From contig OZ242029.1 of the NCBI GenBank assembly GCA_965205015.1, forward strand, positions 2,112,001 to 2,176,000: a DNA stretch of 64,000 nucleotides, written 5' to 3'. Position numbers and translations under genes: made by a program. A model generated the notes under the pieces. It was given only the letters and a program-made list of their open reading frames with translations, was not told the DNA's origin and ran no database searches. This document shows, piece by piece, positions 35,269-46,384 of this stretch. The stretch is from Candidatus Poribacteria bacterium. GTDB lineage: Bacteria > Poribacteria > WGA-4E > WGA-3G. Numbering within the stretch: the first letter of the stretch is position 1; each line of letters starts with the position of its first letter.

Positions 35269-36699
35269 TTATCCTCCGATTAATTGTTTAACTTCCCAGA
35301 TGATACTTGAAATCGCAAATCCGATATAGACACATGAAGCAATTACCATCATGAAAGTAGAAAGCCGTTTCGGTTTTGCGAAATCAGGCAGAAAACGATA
35401 GTTCATGTAAAGGGTAAGCGGCACATAAATCGCCATAGCGAAACCGCCCATATACGCCGCATTAAAGAGAAATCCTAATTCACTGACGTTTAGCTGCTCC
35501 ATAACGAAGGTAATTACACACCCACCGACAATCCAGATACCTGCAATAAGGAGATACCACCAACTTAAACTCCGCTGCTGCGCGCCTCGAAAGTTGGTAT
35601 AGATAATATCAGAAATGGAGCGTGACACACCATCAACCAGCGCAAGTTGCGTCCCAAAAAGCGTCGCAACACCAACGAGTAAGAAGATCCGCTGCCCCGC
35701 TACCCCCCAAATTTCGCCTAATATCCGCGCTTCGTCGTAGATGAGTTTGCCCTGTTCAGGGACAATGCCTTGAGGGTGTAAAACCGCGAGCGCGCCGAAA
35801 ATAAAAAGTAGAATCGTGAACGTGTTGAGTGCCCAAAAAAACAGGATCTGATCTTTTTTTACATATTGCCACCAGGCAGTGAAGCGTTTTCGGTTTTCCG
35901 CCGTCACCTCAAAGAGAAACCCCGTCGCAGGCACCTTTTCGCTCCTACCTCGAAGTGGGTTCTGTAGCCCCGGCAGCTGCGCCCCCATACCAATGTTTTT
36001 ATCCCGTAGATAGAACGTGTAAAAGAGATTTGCTGTGCCGCCCGCCCCTGCGAAAACTAACGCACTAAACAATTTTTTTACCGACATGCCTGGGTCTATA
36101 TATCCAACATTTATCAGACCAGAACCGAGTTTCTGCCATGTTTCCATTGAACCCACAGCGATGGCAACTAAGATCAACCCAACTGTTACAATGGCGACGA
36201 GCACCTCAACCGTCCGTTCAACGGACTGGTAAATCATCTTCGGTCCGAAGAGGATGACCGCCACCCCAGCAAACGTCACTATTGTCCAGAAGGTATCAGA
36301 ACCCCAGCCACCAGGTCCAAGCACGAGTGCTTTGAGCGCGAGTCCTGATGTCCGTGCCCATCCTGGGGCTATCCACCCCACCAAAGTCAGCAGAATGAAC
36401 AATGGCGCAAAACCTCGCCAGATGCGATTGTACCCCGTATACACCGTCTCGCCTGTAGCGATCGTCCAGCGGCCCACTTCAAAGTTTATCCAGAGTTGAA
36501 GGAATACGCCCAGCACCGCTGCCCAGATCATACTCCCGCCATACTCAGCAGCGATTAGAGGCCAGATCACACTCTCACCCGCACCAATAGACAGACCAAC
36601 TAAGATAGCACCGGGACCCGCAATTTTCCAAAAAGGTAACTGTTTCTCTGGCAATTCGACGATCCTGAAATCGTCGAGCGGTTGATAAATCTTAGACAT
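35269..36699 (-). CDS. Nramp-like/APC superfamily transporter
   Basis: GPGAILVGLSIGAGE, about 11 TM segments, FAGAGG. Confidence 0.8.
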   Translation of the reverse strand: MSKIYQPLDDFRIVELPEKQLPFWKIAGPGAILVGLSIGAGESVIWPLIAAEYGGSMIWAAVLGVFLQLWINFEVGRWTIATGETVYTGYNRIWRGFAPLFILLTLVGWIAPGWARTSGLALKALVLGPGGWGSDTFWTIVTFAGVAVILFGPKMIYQSVERTVEVLVAIVTVGLILVAIAVGSMETWQKLGSGLINVGYIDPGMSVKKLFSALVFAGAGGTANLFYTFYLRDKNIGMGAQLPGLQNPLRGRSEKVPATGFLFEVTAENRKRFTAWWQYVKKDQILFFWALNTFTILLFIFGALAVLHPQGIVPEQGKLIYDEARILGEIWGVAGQRIFLLVGVATLFGTQLALVDGVSRSISDIIYTNFRGAQQRSLSWWYLLIAGIWIVGGCVITFVMEQLNVSELGFLFNAAYMGGFAMAIYVPLTLYMNYRFLPDFAKPKRLSTFMMVIASCVYIGFAISSIIWEVKQLIGG

Positions 36700-36790
36700 T
36701 TTTTAATCTTCCCTTGCGACGTATTGTCCCGCAGGTTTCCTCTATAGGAAACCTGTGCGCAGTGCGTTTCCTGCTTAGTGTGTCTTTCTC

Positions 36791-39757
36791 CTATCCGTCC
36801 TCCATTACCGCCTCACGTAAGATTTCAACCGGATGCTTCGGTTGCACGCCTGTGCCATGCTCCAACTGGTGTCTACAGGAGAAACCAGCAGCACTTAGCG
36901 CGAAACTATCCGGAGATTTCTCGCGGACAGCCTCAAAGAGTCTCAATTCACCGATTTTCATGGAGAGGTCATAGTGTGCCTTCTCGTATCCGAACGCACC
37001 CGCCATGCCGCAACAACTCGAATCAATCACGCTGACATTGTGTTCCGATGGCAAACTTAACATCTTCACGGTCGGCTGGATACCGACGAGTGCTCGCTGA
37101 TGGCAATGTCCGTGCAACAAGATGTCACGCGATTCTGTCGTGAATTCCAAAGGCAATTCACCCTTATCAGCAAGTTGGGCAAAAAATTCCTCAAACGAAC
37201 AGGTCGCCTCAGCAACACGTTTCGCGTCGGGTGTCCCGATCAACTCAACGTAATCATCAGTGATAGCAGAAGTACAACTCGGTTCGCACCCAACAATTGG
37301 AATGCCTGCGTTCGCATAATCGCGAAGTGCATCAATATTGTAACTCGCATTTGCAACGGCTCGGTCCAGCATTCCCTCGGAGATAAGGGGGCGTCCACAA
37401 CACCTTTTTTTCGGCAGTAGCACCTCGAATCCGCACGCTTCAAGCAACGCCACCGCAGCTTTGCCGATAGAGGGTTCGCTGTAGTTCATAAAGGTATCGG
37501 AAAAGAGAACCACCTTTTTGTCCGATGTCCGTCGGGATTTTCGTTTTCGGAACCACTGTTCATAGGTAGGACGTACGAAGGTCGGCATATCGCGGCGCCG
37601 ATCGACGCCAATGAGTTTCTCAGCAACCCATTTGGAAAGTCCGTTGTTGACTGCCCAGTTAGAGAAGGGTGAGAACATCGATCCTAAAGGCGCGAACGCC
37701 CCGATTTCACCGAACAACCGACGGTGTAAAGGTAAGCCGTTTGCTTTGTGATAGTGCGCAAGGACTTCATACTTAATCTTCGCCATATCTACATTCGATG
37801 GACACTCTGCCTTGCACGCTTTACATCCCAAGCATAAGTCTAACACTTCTTGGAGCCGTTCCCCTGTGAGTTCCGTATGTGGCAACGCCCCTGAAATAAT
37901 GGATCGGAGCGCATTTGCACGGCCACGTGTCGAGTGCTCCTCTTCACGTGTACCAATAAAGGAGGGACACATCGTGCCAGTTAGGGTCTTCCGACACGCA
38001 CCGACGCCGTTGCACATTTCAATTGCCCTACCAAATCCGTCTTGACTGGAAAAATCGAAGTAAGTATCAATCTTGATGGTGTTGTAGTCTGTACCGAAGC
38101 GGAGGTTCTCTGTCATCGGTGGTGCATCAACAATTTTACCCGGATTCATAATCCCGTTCGGATCAAACGCTTTTTTCACTGCAGTGAGGGCTTGATATAT
38201 ATCTCGACCGAACATGCTCTCTATCCATTCGCTGCGGACGAGACCATCGCCGTGTTCACCGCTCATCGCACCGTCTAATTCCATGAGCAGATCTCGAACC
38301 TCGCGGGCAATGTCGTGCATCTTCTGAATATCGGTTTCGGATTTGAGATTCACAATGGGACGGTTGTGCAATAACCCAACGCTCGCATGCGCGTAGTAGG
38401 CAGCAGTGGTATCGTGTGATGTAACAATCTCATCGAATCGGCGGACATATTCCGGTAAATTCTCTATCGGTACTGCGGCATCTTCGACGAAACCAACCGG
38501 TTTAGCATCACCCTTCATACCCATTAACAAGCCAAGTCCTGCTTTCCGAGTTTCCCAGACACGGGACTTCTCCTCAGCGGTGAAACAGCGTACGAATGCA
38601 TAACCGAAACCAGTACTTTTCAACGTCTTTTCAAGTCTATCTAACTGCGACTCCAATTCCGCTTGAGTCTCACCGTAAAATTCAACAGCAAGCAATGCAG
38701 CAGGTTCGCCTTGTATAAAAGTGGTAAGCCGCGAAAATTCCAATGAGCCCCGCGCCATATCAAGGATTGTCTTATCTATAAGTTCCACGGCAGTCGGGTT
38801 ACATTCCAAGATCGGTTGCATCGCCTCCATAGAACCAACAAGTGAGTCGAAATGTACAACACACAGAGCCGTCAATTTAGGAAGCGGCACGAGGTTTATT
38901 GTCGCCTCAATTGTCGTTGCGAGTGTCCCTTCAGAGCCGACAAGGATTTTCGTCAAACTAAACGGATGATCTTCGTCACAACCATCGCGACGGTAAGGCG
39001 TAACCTCTTTTGAACCGGCATTTGGGACAAACTCATCAAGGTTATAACCCGCAACGCGACGCAAGATACGAGGATAACGTTTACGAATCTCTGCTTCATT
39101 GTCCGCACACACTCGGCAAAGTTCACGATAAATGTTTGCCTCTAATGTGTTTGCCTGTTTTTTCGTCTCTAATTCTGCAATGGAAATAGGGGAGGCTGTG
39201 GTTTCATCAGCGTTGGAAAGCACTAAATCAAGCGACATGACGTGATCAATGGTTTTACCATAGATGAGAGAATGCGAACCCGCGGAATTGTTTCCAATCG
39301 TGCCACCGACGTTCGCTCGACTGCTCGTGGCAACATCCGGCGCATACATCAAGCCGTGAGGTTTTAACTGATGGTTCAATTCGTCTAAAACAATGCCGGG
39401 TTGCACGCGCGCCCAACGCTCGGCGACATTTACCTCAAGGAGTTGGTTCATGTATTTGGACATGTCCAATACGATTGCCTCACCGACACTCTGCCCAGCC
39501 AGACTCGTGCCGCCACCGCGCGGAAGGATCGGAACATTGCGTTCTGCCGCGATTTGCACAGTCTTAATAACATCTTGGCTATCTTTCGGGATTACAACAC
39601 CTATCGGCTGTATTTGGTAGAGGCTCGCGTCTGTGCTGTAGAGTGCCTTAGAATACAAATCAAATCGTACCTCCCCTGCAAGCGTATTGGATAATTGTTG
39701 TTCAAGAGTTTCCGATATAGAAGGGTCCATATTTGCTATCCAAAAAACTGTAGACAT
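36791..39757 (-). CDS. FAD-linked oxidase fused to Fe-S/CCG domains (GlcD/GlcF-like 2-hydroxyacid dehydrogenase)
   Basis: PRGGGTSLAGQ, GSEGTL, SGEHGDG, CNGVGAC, CLGCKACKAECP, CCGRP, HGHCH, CCGMAG. The start may be 39730. Confidence 0.9.
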   Translation of the reverse strand: MSTVFWIANMDPSISETLEQQLSNTLAGEVRFDLYSKALYSTDASLYQIQPIGVVIPKDSQDVIKTVQIAAERNVPILPRGGGTSLAGQSVGEAIVLDMSKYMNQLLEVNVAERWARVQPGIVLDELNHQLKPHGLMYAPDVATSSRANVGGTIGNNSAGSHSLIYGKTIDHVMSLDLVLSNADETTASPISIAELETKKQANTLEANIYRELCRVCADNEAEIRKRYPRILRRVAGYNLDEFVPNAGSKEVTPYRRDGCDEDHPFSLTKILVGSEGTLATTIEATINLVPLPKLTALCVVHFDSLVGSMEAMQPILECNPTAVELIDKTILDMARGSLEFSRLTTFIQGEPAALLAVEFYGETQAELESQLDRLEKTLKSTGFGYAFVRCFTAEEKSRVWETRKAGLGLLMGMKGDAKPVGFVEDAAVPIENLPEYVRRFDEIVTSHDTTAAYYAHASVGLLHNRPIVNLKSETDIQKMHDIAREVRDLLMELDGAMSGEHGDGLVRSEWIESMFGRDIYQALTAVKKAFDPNGIMNPGKIVDAPPMTENLRFGTDYNTIKIDTYFDFSSQDGFGRAIEMCNGVGACRKTLTGTMCPSFIGTREEEHSTRGRANALRSIISGALPHTELTGERLQEVLDLCLGCKACKAECPSNVDMAKIKYEVLAHYHKANGLPLHRRLFGEIGAFAPLGSMFSPFSNWAVNNGLSKWVAEKLIGVDRRRDMPTFVRPTYEQWFRKRKSRRTSDKKVVLFSDTFMNYSEPSIGKAAVALLEACGFEVLLPKKRCCGRPLISEGMLDRAVANASYNIDALRDYANAGIPIVGCEPSCTSAITDDYVELIGTPDAKRVAEATCSFEEFFAQLADKGELPLEFTTESRDILLHGHCHQRALVGIQPTVKMLSLPSEHNVSVIDSSCCGMAGAFGYEKAHYDLSMKIGELRLFEAVREKSPDSFALSAAGFSCRHQLEHGTGVQPKHPVEILREAVMEDG

Positions 39758-39808
39758 CGCGAGAGGTAATCGCGACCGTTATTTTTTATCCTCCCAAAAA
39801 CAAAAAAT

Positions 39809-39837
39809 TTGACATTGCCACCCAAGTAAAGTATAAT
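39809..39837 (+). promoter_or_regulatory. Sigma-70 promoter of tRNA-Leu
   Basis: TTGACA-17 nt-TATAAT, perfect consensus. Confidence 0.85.
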
Positions 39838-39849
39838 TAACCATACAAC

Positions 39850-39933
39850 GCCCCTGTGGTGGAATTTGGTATACACAGCAGGTTGAGGGCCTGTGCCTTA
39901 ATTGGCATACTGGTTCGAGTCCAGTCGGGGGCA
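39850..39933 (+). tRNA. tRNA-Leu(GAG)
   Basis: GCCCCTG/CGGGGGC acceptor stem, anticodon arm GCAGG-TTGAGGG-CCTGT, long variable arm, GGTTCGAGTCC. Confidence 0.93.
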
Positions 39934-39975
39934 TCTTCCCTTTCTTTGATTCCAGATTTATATTTCACCGCTAAC

Positions 39976-41127
39976 TTACGAAACCCCCTCGAGCAACTCC
40001 TGATATACCTGATACGTCTGTTCCGCAATCGTCTCCCATGTAAAATCCTTAACGCGGTTAAGTCCACTTTCAATTAAATCGTTCCGTAAACTGACATCGT
40101 GTGCGATGCGATGTATCTGTTCTGCCAAAGCCTCCATATCGGCTTCAGGGAAGATAAGTCCCGCGCTATCAATCACGTGCGGAATTTCGCCAGAATCTGA
40201 ACCGATAACCGGCACTTCGCATGCCATTCCTTCAATAAGCACCCTACCGAAGAATTCTACCCATCTGGGTGTTGTCCGAGAGGGGAGCACCAGTGTATCC
40301 ATACAATTAATATAGGCGGCTACCTCTTCAGGAGGCACTGCGTCTATCCACACAATATGTCCAGAGATTCCAAGGGTTTCGGCAGTTTTTTGAAAGCCCG
40401 GTTTATCTTCACCTTGCCCGACGATTAGAAGTTTATAGGTGCGCGTCGTATCTTGGTTTACAAGGTGCGCTACAGCCTCAAGAAGCGTGTCTACTCCCTT
40501 CATCTGAAGCAATCTACCGACGTAACCAACAACAAAACAGTCGTTGAGCTGCAATGAAGCCTTCAACTTGCTGACATCCATTTTATAGAAATGCCGCACA
40601 TCAACACCGTTCGGAAACGGGGTTTGCTGTCCGGTGTAACCGCGTTGCGTTAGGATTTTGCCAGCGTTCACACTCAGCGGAAAAGCGCTATCGGTTTCTC
40701 GAAAGACCCGGCGTTCGATCCATACAGGTAAAAAGCCGAACCGCTGTTTAGTCGGTATACTCAGCGATGTACGAAAAATAAAACGACTGTTTGGACAATA
40801 TTTACGTTTCAACCGAACTGTCTGTAGGGCATTCAGACTCCAAGCCTCCTCTTCTAAGTGGATAATATCCGGTTGAAAATCTCGGAAGTGGGGCTTCATA
40901 CCCTGGCGATAGTAAAAACGACTGCCGTATCCCGAGAATCGAATTGGACATGGAAATTCTTCACACGGCGCGTCCGACTCCGGTTCGAAAACAATATCTT
41001 GGAAACTTTCATACCAACGGGCGGGAACCACAACCCGTAATGTGACATCCGGACGTTCTGCGATGAGAGCGAACTTTCGTCGGTACGGCTTCATGATATA
41101 GGAATGAGAAAGGACTAAGACACGCAC
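39976..41127 (-). CDS. Glycosyltransferase family 4
   Basis: PNGVD, GYVGRL..KG, EFFGRVLIEGMACEVPVIGS. Confidence 0.92.
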   Translation of the reverse strand: MRVLVLSHSYIMKPYRRKFALIAERPDVTLRVVVPARWYESFQDIVFEPESDAPCEEFPCPIRFSGYGSRFYYRQGMKPHFRDFQPDIIHLEEEAWSLNALQTVRLKRKYCPNSRFIFRTSLSIPTKQRFGFLPVWIERRVFRETDSAFPLSVNAGKILTQRGYTGQQTPFPNGVDVRHFYKMDVSKLKASLQLNDCFVVGYVGRLLQMKGVDTLLEAVAHLVNQDTTRTYKLLIVGQGEDKPGFQKTAETLGISGHIVWIDAVPPEEVAAYINCMDTLVLPSRTTPRWVEFFGRVLIEGMACEVPVIGSDSGEIPHVIDSAGLIFPEADMEALAEQIHRIAHDVSLRNDLIESGLNRVKDFTWETIAEQTYQVYQELLEGVS

Positions 41128-41139
41128 GAGTTTAGGTCC

Positions 41140-41541
41140 CTAAACACTCCCAAAGATTCTCGGGCTCGCTGACTCCTCAACTTCAGAGGCGTCCGCGTCC
41201 GATTCATCGGTGTCTACCTCAAACGTGATTTCATCGTTGATATCTACTGAGCTTTCATCTGAAGCAACGAGGACATCCATCAACCCCTCGAGTCTTTCTC
41301 GGATCTCTGATCGTTCATCTGAAACCGCTGTACGCTCTGAGTCAAGTTCCTCCTGAAGATTGCTATTACGATCTTCAAGGTTTTGAATCCGTGCGTCGCG
41401 TTGCAGTAAATCACTGTTGAGCCGGGCAATTTCAGCCTCAAGTTCTAACTTTTCTGCTCTCAAGTCCTGAACGGTTGAAATCGCGAGTTCAACACGTTCC
41501 TCCAGCAGTGCTACAATACTTTGTTCTAATGCATCAGACAT
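41140..41541 (-). CDS. ZapB-like coiled-coil protein with acidic tail
   Basis: LEERVELAISTVQDLRAEKLELE heptads, EIRERLEGLM; GGAGG SD. Confidence 0.55.
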   Translation of the reverse strand: MSDALEQSIVALLEERVELAISTVQDLRAEKLELEAEIARLNSDLLQRDARIQNLEDRNSNLQEELDSERTAVSDERSEIRERLEGLMDVLVASDESSVDINDEITFEVDTDESDADASEVEESASPRIFGSV

Positions 41542-41564
41542 ATTAATCCTCCAAAGTGGTATGT

Positions 41565-42488
41565 TTATTCATTCGCGGCGGATTTGCGATTCTCCACCGC
41601 AGCAGTAAAACTTGTTTCGATTAGTGATAAATGCTCAGCATTCGCCCAATCTGGACATTCATGGACATAGTGAAAAAGGTACTGTTGCGCGTACCCCACA
41701 CTATCCCCGAAATAGATGTGTGCAAACTCGCGTATCTCATGATACGTAGCACGTCGGCGCAGATAAAGTGTCTCAAAGATTCGTTTTATCCAAACATCAA
41801 TCGGTAGGGCTGCAAGATGCCCAAGCGAAAATAAACAGATACAATCGGCGACTTTCTCACCTATACCGTTTCGGCGCATTAACTCACGCTTTGCCTGAGG
41901 ATACGACATTTCCTTCACCGTCGTGAGCGCAAGCTCACCACTCACAACTGCTGCCGCGGCCCCTTGAAGATAGCTCGCCCGGTAACCGACACCACACGCG
42001 AGAAGTTCGGCCTCTGTGGTCGCTGCGAGAACTTCTGGGCTTGGAAAACTATAATCCACGTAACTCGCAAACGTCAACCGTTCACCAAAACGCTCAGAGA
42101 GTCGCCGGATGATCCCACGAATCCGAGATACATTGTTGTTCTGAGATAGAATGAACGATGCCACCGTTTCCCAGAGTTCTTGGTTAAGAATGCGCATCCC
42201 CCAAAGTTTCTCAAGGGTCCGATGCATATACGCATCGTTGTCAACTTCAGCGAGGATCTTTGGAACATCGCGATCAAGATCAAGATAGTGTCGGAGAAAT
42301 GGGACGAAGGTAGTCTTATCCTCGGTGGTAGAACTTTCCACATGCAAGGTAGTTCCTACTTGACAAATTTTGAGGATGCGTCCCTCCACGACACCGTAAT
42401 AAGCATCATCTATTCGATTCCATCGAAACGACTGTCCGGATTCTAAGGTATATTTTAAACTAAAATCTGTTGCATCCCGAATTTGCAT
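41565..42488 (-). CDS. 8-oxoguanine DNA glycosylase (OGG1-like HhH-GPD)
   Basis: TLESGQSFRW, SFILSQNNN, GVGYRA, GIGEKVADCICLF, PIDVW, GYAQQYLF. Confidence 0.9.
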   Translation of the reverse strand: MQIRDATDFSLKYTLESGQSFRWNRIDDAYYGVVEGRILKICQVGTTLHVESSTTEDKTTFVPFLRHYLDLDRDVPKILAEVDNDAYMHRTLEKLWGMRILNQELWETVASFILSQNNNVSRIRGIIRRLSERFGERLTFASYVDYSFPSPEVLAATTEAELLACGVGYRASYLQGAAAAVVSGELALTTVKEMSYPQAKRELMRRNGIGEKVADCICLFSLGHLAALPIDVWIKRIFETLYLRRRATYHEIREFAHIYFGDSVGYAQQYLFHYVHECPDWANAEHLSLIETSFTAAVENRKSAANE

Positions 42489-42624
42489 TGTGTGTCTTGT
42501 TGAGTTTTGATACGCACTCGTAAGCAACGCCCTTGATATTTGCTAATTAGTATATAGCAAATTGCAAAAATTAGCAAATTTTTATTCTGAATCCCAAAAT
42601 CCACCTCATTTCCAGCGACCTGAT

Positions 42625-42653
42625 TTGACATTTCGCCTGTTTAGGAGTATAAT
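42625..42653 (+). promoter_or_regulatory. Sigma-70 promoter
   Basis: TTGACA-17 nt-TATAAT upstream of the PpiD-like gene. Confidence 0.8.
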
Positions 42654-42773
42654 ATTAACACCCTTGTCTGTAAAATAGTAGAAACCGAATTGGGTTTGGA
42701 AATAGACCGGATTGAGTCTGGGAATAGACCAAATTCATTCCTTAGTATTACATCAGGAGAGACCTTGTAAAAC

Positions 42774-44732
42774 ATGATTATCTTTCTACGCGAAAAATTT
42801 ATTGCGCAACTCTTTATGTGGATAATCGCCATTGTGTTCCTGGCAGGCACAGTGTTCCTCTACAGCAATACGCAGGGCAGAGGTGAAGATCCCGAAGGCG
42901 AAGTCGTTCTCAGGATTAATAACACGGAAGTCAAGCGCGGAGAATTTGAAAGTGCTGTCGCGAATGCCTTAGAAACCCAAAGGCGAAACCAGAGATTCGG
43001 CGCGACCGACCGAGAAGAGATGCAAAAGTCAGTCATTGATCGCTGGGTACAACAAACCATACTTGGGAGTGTCGATATCGGTCCTGCTGAAATAGAACGC
43101 TACATCCGAAGTGACACCACTCGAGTCGAGCAGTACAATCTTTACCAACAATTCGGGGCAGCAGACCTCTACACAGAGAATGTTCGTTTACAACTCAGCT
43201 CCGCCGCACTCCGAGATAGTGTTCAATCGCTTGAGTTGGTAACCGATACTGAAGCAGAACAAGCATATCGACTTGAATCAAACAAGGCAAAAGTTAAATT
43301 TATTGAATTTAAGCATAGTGATTATGCCGCAACGACTGAAGTAGATGAAGCAGAAGCAGCGGCGTACTTTGAGAAAAATCGGGATAACTATAAATCCGGA
43401 GAACAGGTAAATGTAAAGTTTATCAGGGTAAATCCCGCCGAGCTCGTTTCAGACGAAGATATTGCTACGTATTATGAGGAAAACCAAACGGAGTTTACAA
43501 CACCCGAAGTGGTTAAAGCACGCCATATCTTGAAAAAATTTCCTGATAATGCCACCGACGAACAAAAGGCAGAGACCAAAACCGCCGCAGAGGAACTCCT
43601 CAAAACCATCAACGCAGAACTCGCAGCAGGCGCGGATTTCGCAGAACTCGCAATGACACATTCAGAGGGACCTTCCGGTGCCCAAGGCGGCGCATTAAGA
43701 GGTGGAAATCCAAAACTTCCACCTGGAGACTACTTCGCACGTGGGGACATGGTCAAACCCTTCGAGGAAACTGCCTTTGACCTTTTGGAACCGGGAGAAG
43801 TCAGCGGTTTAGTCGAAACACAATTTGGGTTTCACATCATTAAGTTGGAAGAGAAGAAATCACCAGAGGTTCAACCTTTCGATCAGGTCCAATACGACGT
43901 CCGGCAAAGGCTCGTTCAAGTCAGCGGCGTTGATGAAGCCAAAAAGGTTGCGTCCGACCTTCTGTATGAAATCGAAATTCAGGACTATGACGCAGCGCTC
44001 GCACTTGAAAGGTACAAGGAACTTTCCCTCATCGCATTGGAAACCGGGTTCTTCAGCCGTGATGCGACAACGATTCCACAGATTGGCGCAAGATGGGGTT
44101 ATCAAGGGTTAATCGAAGAACTCTTTGATATGGAAGTGAACGTCATAAAGGTTGTTGAGGCGAAAAAATCGAATGGAGAGCAGGTAGAAGCCTATTTTGT
44201 CGCCACCGTTCTTGAGAAAAAACCGGCGACTGTTCCACCGTTTTCGGAAATCAAGCCACAGGTCCTCAGCGATCTGAAAACCGAAAAATCCAAGGAACGT
44301 GCCTTTGCGGACGCACAAAACCTGTTCAATAAACGGGCAGACACCACATCGCTGGAGGCTTTATTGGAAAAGTATGATGCCCCTGAAGGCTTGGCGACAG
44401 ACCGACTTTCTGTGGGAGAAAGTAACCTGTTCCCACTCAGCCCAAACAGCGATTATATTGCCGGTATGGGAAGTTCGACTGAAACGATGTTTGCCGCATT
44501 TGGAATGAAGGTTGATGAGATGGGGGGTCCCTTCAAGGGAAGCAATTCTGTCTACATTGTCCAACTCATTGAGCGGGAAGAACCTGACGTTGAAACGTTC
44601 CAAATGGACCCCGCTGAGGAAGCGCGGCATCGTCAAGCGCTCATTCAAGCAAAGAAACGGGAAACATATTTAAATTGGTTCGCCGCACGCAAAAAGGCGA
44701 GTGAACTCTGGATCCATCCAGATTATCGCTAA
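42774..44732 (+). CDS. PpiD/SurA-like membrane-anchored parvulin peptidyl-prolyl isomerase
   Basis: N-terminal TM, VKARHIL, DFAELA..HSEGP, MVKPFEETAF, VETQFGFHIIK. Confidence 0.88.
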   Translation: MIIFLREKFIAQLFMWIIAIVFLAGTVFLYSNTQGRGEDPEGEVVLRINNTEVKRGEFESAVANALETQRRNQRFGATDREEMQKSVIDRWVQQTILGSVDIGPAEIERYIRSDTTRVEQYNLYQQFGAADLYTENVRLQLSSAALRDSVQSLELVTDTEAEQAYRLESNKAKVKFIEFKHSDYAATTEVDEAEAAAYFEKNRDNYKSGEQVNVKFIRVNPAELVSDEDIATYYEENQTEFTTPEVVKARHILKKFPDNATDEQKAETKTAAEELLKTINAELAAGADFAELAMTHSEGPSGAQGGALRGGNPKLPPGDYFARGDMVKPFEETAFDLLEPGEVSGLVETQFGFHIIKLEEKKSPEVQPFDQVQYDVRQRLVQVSGVDEAKKVASDLLYEIEIQDYDAALALERYKELSLIALETGFFSRDATTIPQIGARWGYQGLIEELFDMEVNVIKVVEAKKSNGEQVEAYFVATVLEKKPATVPPFSEIKPQVLSDLKTEKSKERAFADAQNLFNKRADTTSLEALLEKYDAPEGLATDRLSVGESNLFPLSPNSDYIAGMGSSTETMFAAFGMKVDEMGGPFKGSNSVYIVQLIEREEPDVETFQMDPAEEARHRQALIQAKKRETYLNWFAARKKASELWIHPDYR

Positions 44733-45796
44733 TTCAGGAGTTCGTAGAAGAAATTGCGGCGTTTGGGAATATAACCCAACTCGGCTATTGTGCGTTCGAT
44801 CTCCTCGATGGGCATGCAATAGACCGTTCCCGCTTTACTGACAACGTTCTCCTCTATCATCGTACCGCCCATATCATTCGCACCGAATTTAAGCGATAAT
44901 TGTCCGATCTTTGGACCTTGGGTTACCCATGAAGATTGAAAGTTGTCGAAGTTATCCAAGAACAATCGCGAAATAGCAAGCGTTTTGAGATATTCAAAAC
45001 TTCCTGCTGGCGGTATATGATCCATACGGGTATTGTCAGGTTGTAGGGACCAACAGATAAACGCTGTGAATCCACCTGTTTCATCTTGTAAATCGCGCAG
45101 TCTGACGAGGTGCTCAACACGCTCGGCGTAACTCTCTACATGCCCATACATCATCGTCGCGCTCGACTTGAGTCCAACCAAGTGTCCCTGACGCATGACC
45201 TCCAGCCACTCGTCAGCAGTGCACTTCTTCGGACTAATCTCATTTCGGGCAGGGTCAGTGAGGATTTCTGCACCGCCGCCAGGGATCGAATCAAGCCCAG
45301 CATCTCGCAACCGGATAAGCATTTCTTGCAGCGACATACGATTTATCTTGGCAAACCAATCCAACTCTGGTGGGGAAAACCCATGGATATGAATGCGATA
45401 ATTTGCTTTGATCCAACGTAGGAGATCTTCGTACCAGTCCAGTTTGAGTTTCGGATGCAATCCACCTTGCATGAGGATCAACTCACCGCCAAGATCCAGT
45501 GTTTCCTGTATCTTTTTCCCCAGTTCTTCCCGCTCCATAACATAAGCGTCAGGGTCTCGACGATGCCGATAGAAAGCACAAAAATCGCAGTCAACATAAC
45601 ACCAATTGGTATAGTTAATATTTCGGTCAACAATGTAAGTGACGTAGCCTGCCGGATGTTTGCGTTGCCGGACAATATCCGCGGCGTGCCCCAGAGAAAG
45701 TAGATCGTGGCTCTTAAAAAGCGTCAAACAGTCGTCAAAGTCTAACCGTTCGCCCGTGAGTGATTTCTCAAGGATGGGTTGGATGTTTGTATCCAT
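44729..45796 (-). CDS. mqnC: Cyclic dehypoxanthinyl futalosine synthase (radical SAM, CofH/MqnC family)
   Basis: DRNINYTNWCYVDCDFCAFY, QGGLHP, SIPGGGAEIL, SSWVTQG, EENVV. Confidence 0.85.
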   Translation of the reverse strand: MDTNIQPILEKSLTGERLDFDDCLTLFKSHDLLSLGHAADIVRQRKHPAGYVTYIVDRNINYTNWCYVDCDFCAFYRHRRDPDAYVMEREELGKKIQETLDLGGELILMQGGLHPKLKLDWYEDLLRWIKANYRIHIHGFSPPELDWFAKINRMSLQEMLIRLRDAGLDSIPGGGAEILTDPARNEISPKKCTADEWLEVMRQGHLVGLKSSATMMYGHVESYAERVEHLVRLRDLQDETGGFTAFICWSLQPDNTRMDHIPPAGSFEYLKTLAISRLFLDNFDNFQSSWVTQGPKIGQLSLKFGANDMGGTMIEENVVSKAGTVYCMPIEEIERTIAELGYIPKRRNFFYELLN

Positions 45797-45965
45797 TTAC
45801 GGGTTTCCTTAATTCTATAAAGCATACTGATGCCGAATCTAATACTTCAATTCTAACATTTTACAATCTGTTTGTCAACTTTTCCACCATTTTAATTTGA
45901 CTTTTTCAGAAAATTAGGTATAATTGTAACACGTTTGTTCTGAATCTAAGTAAGGAGAGACAAAA

Positions 45966-46310
45966 ATGAGCGAAGTCGTTTACAATGAGGACTTAGTGAA
46001 ACGCGTATCAAATAAATACCTTGCAGTGAATATTGCCGCAAAACGCGCCAGAGATATAAACGCAAACGGTTTGCCTATTGCGCCTTCAAGCACTGCAGAT
46101 AAAAAGAAGAAACCTGTCGCCGTTGCAACACAAGAGTTGGTTGAAGGGAAACTTCACTTTGAAAAAAGCGAAGTCAAAGTACCCACTCAGAATACACCGT
46201 CGATTTTTACCGACTCGCAGGATTCAGACGACGGGAGTGATATCTTCGATGAAGAACTCCTTGCACGCGAAGGCGATGCGGACCCAGAGGAGCGTGAGGA
46301 AGGTCTTTAG
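45966..46310 (+). CDS. rpoZ: RNA polymerase omega subunit with acidic C-terminal tail
   Basis: NKYLAVNIAAKRAR...KPVAVATQELVEGKL; AAGGAG SD. Confidence 0.85.
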   Translation: MSEVVYNEDLVKRVSNKYLAVNIAAKRARDINANGLPIAPSSTADKKKKPVAVATQELVEGKLHFEKSEVKVPTQNTPSIFTDSQDSDDGSDIFDEELLAREGDADPEEREEGL

Positions 46311-46384
46311 ATCTCGTCGATGACGGAAAGAGTGCCGACCCAAACAACCTCTCGCCGAAAAAACCGCCAAAAATCGAAGGGCAC

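Noticed and set aside
39850-39975. tRNA-Leu as a prophage or island attachment site
   Set aside because: No integrase and no duplicated tRNA 3' end was seen in the window.
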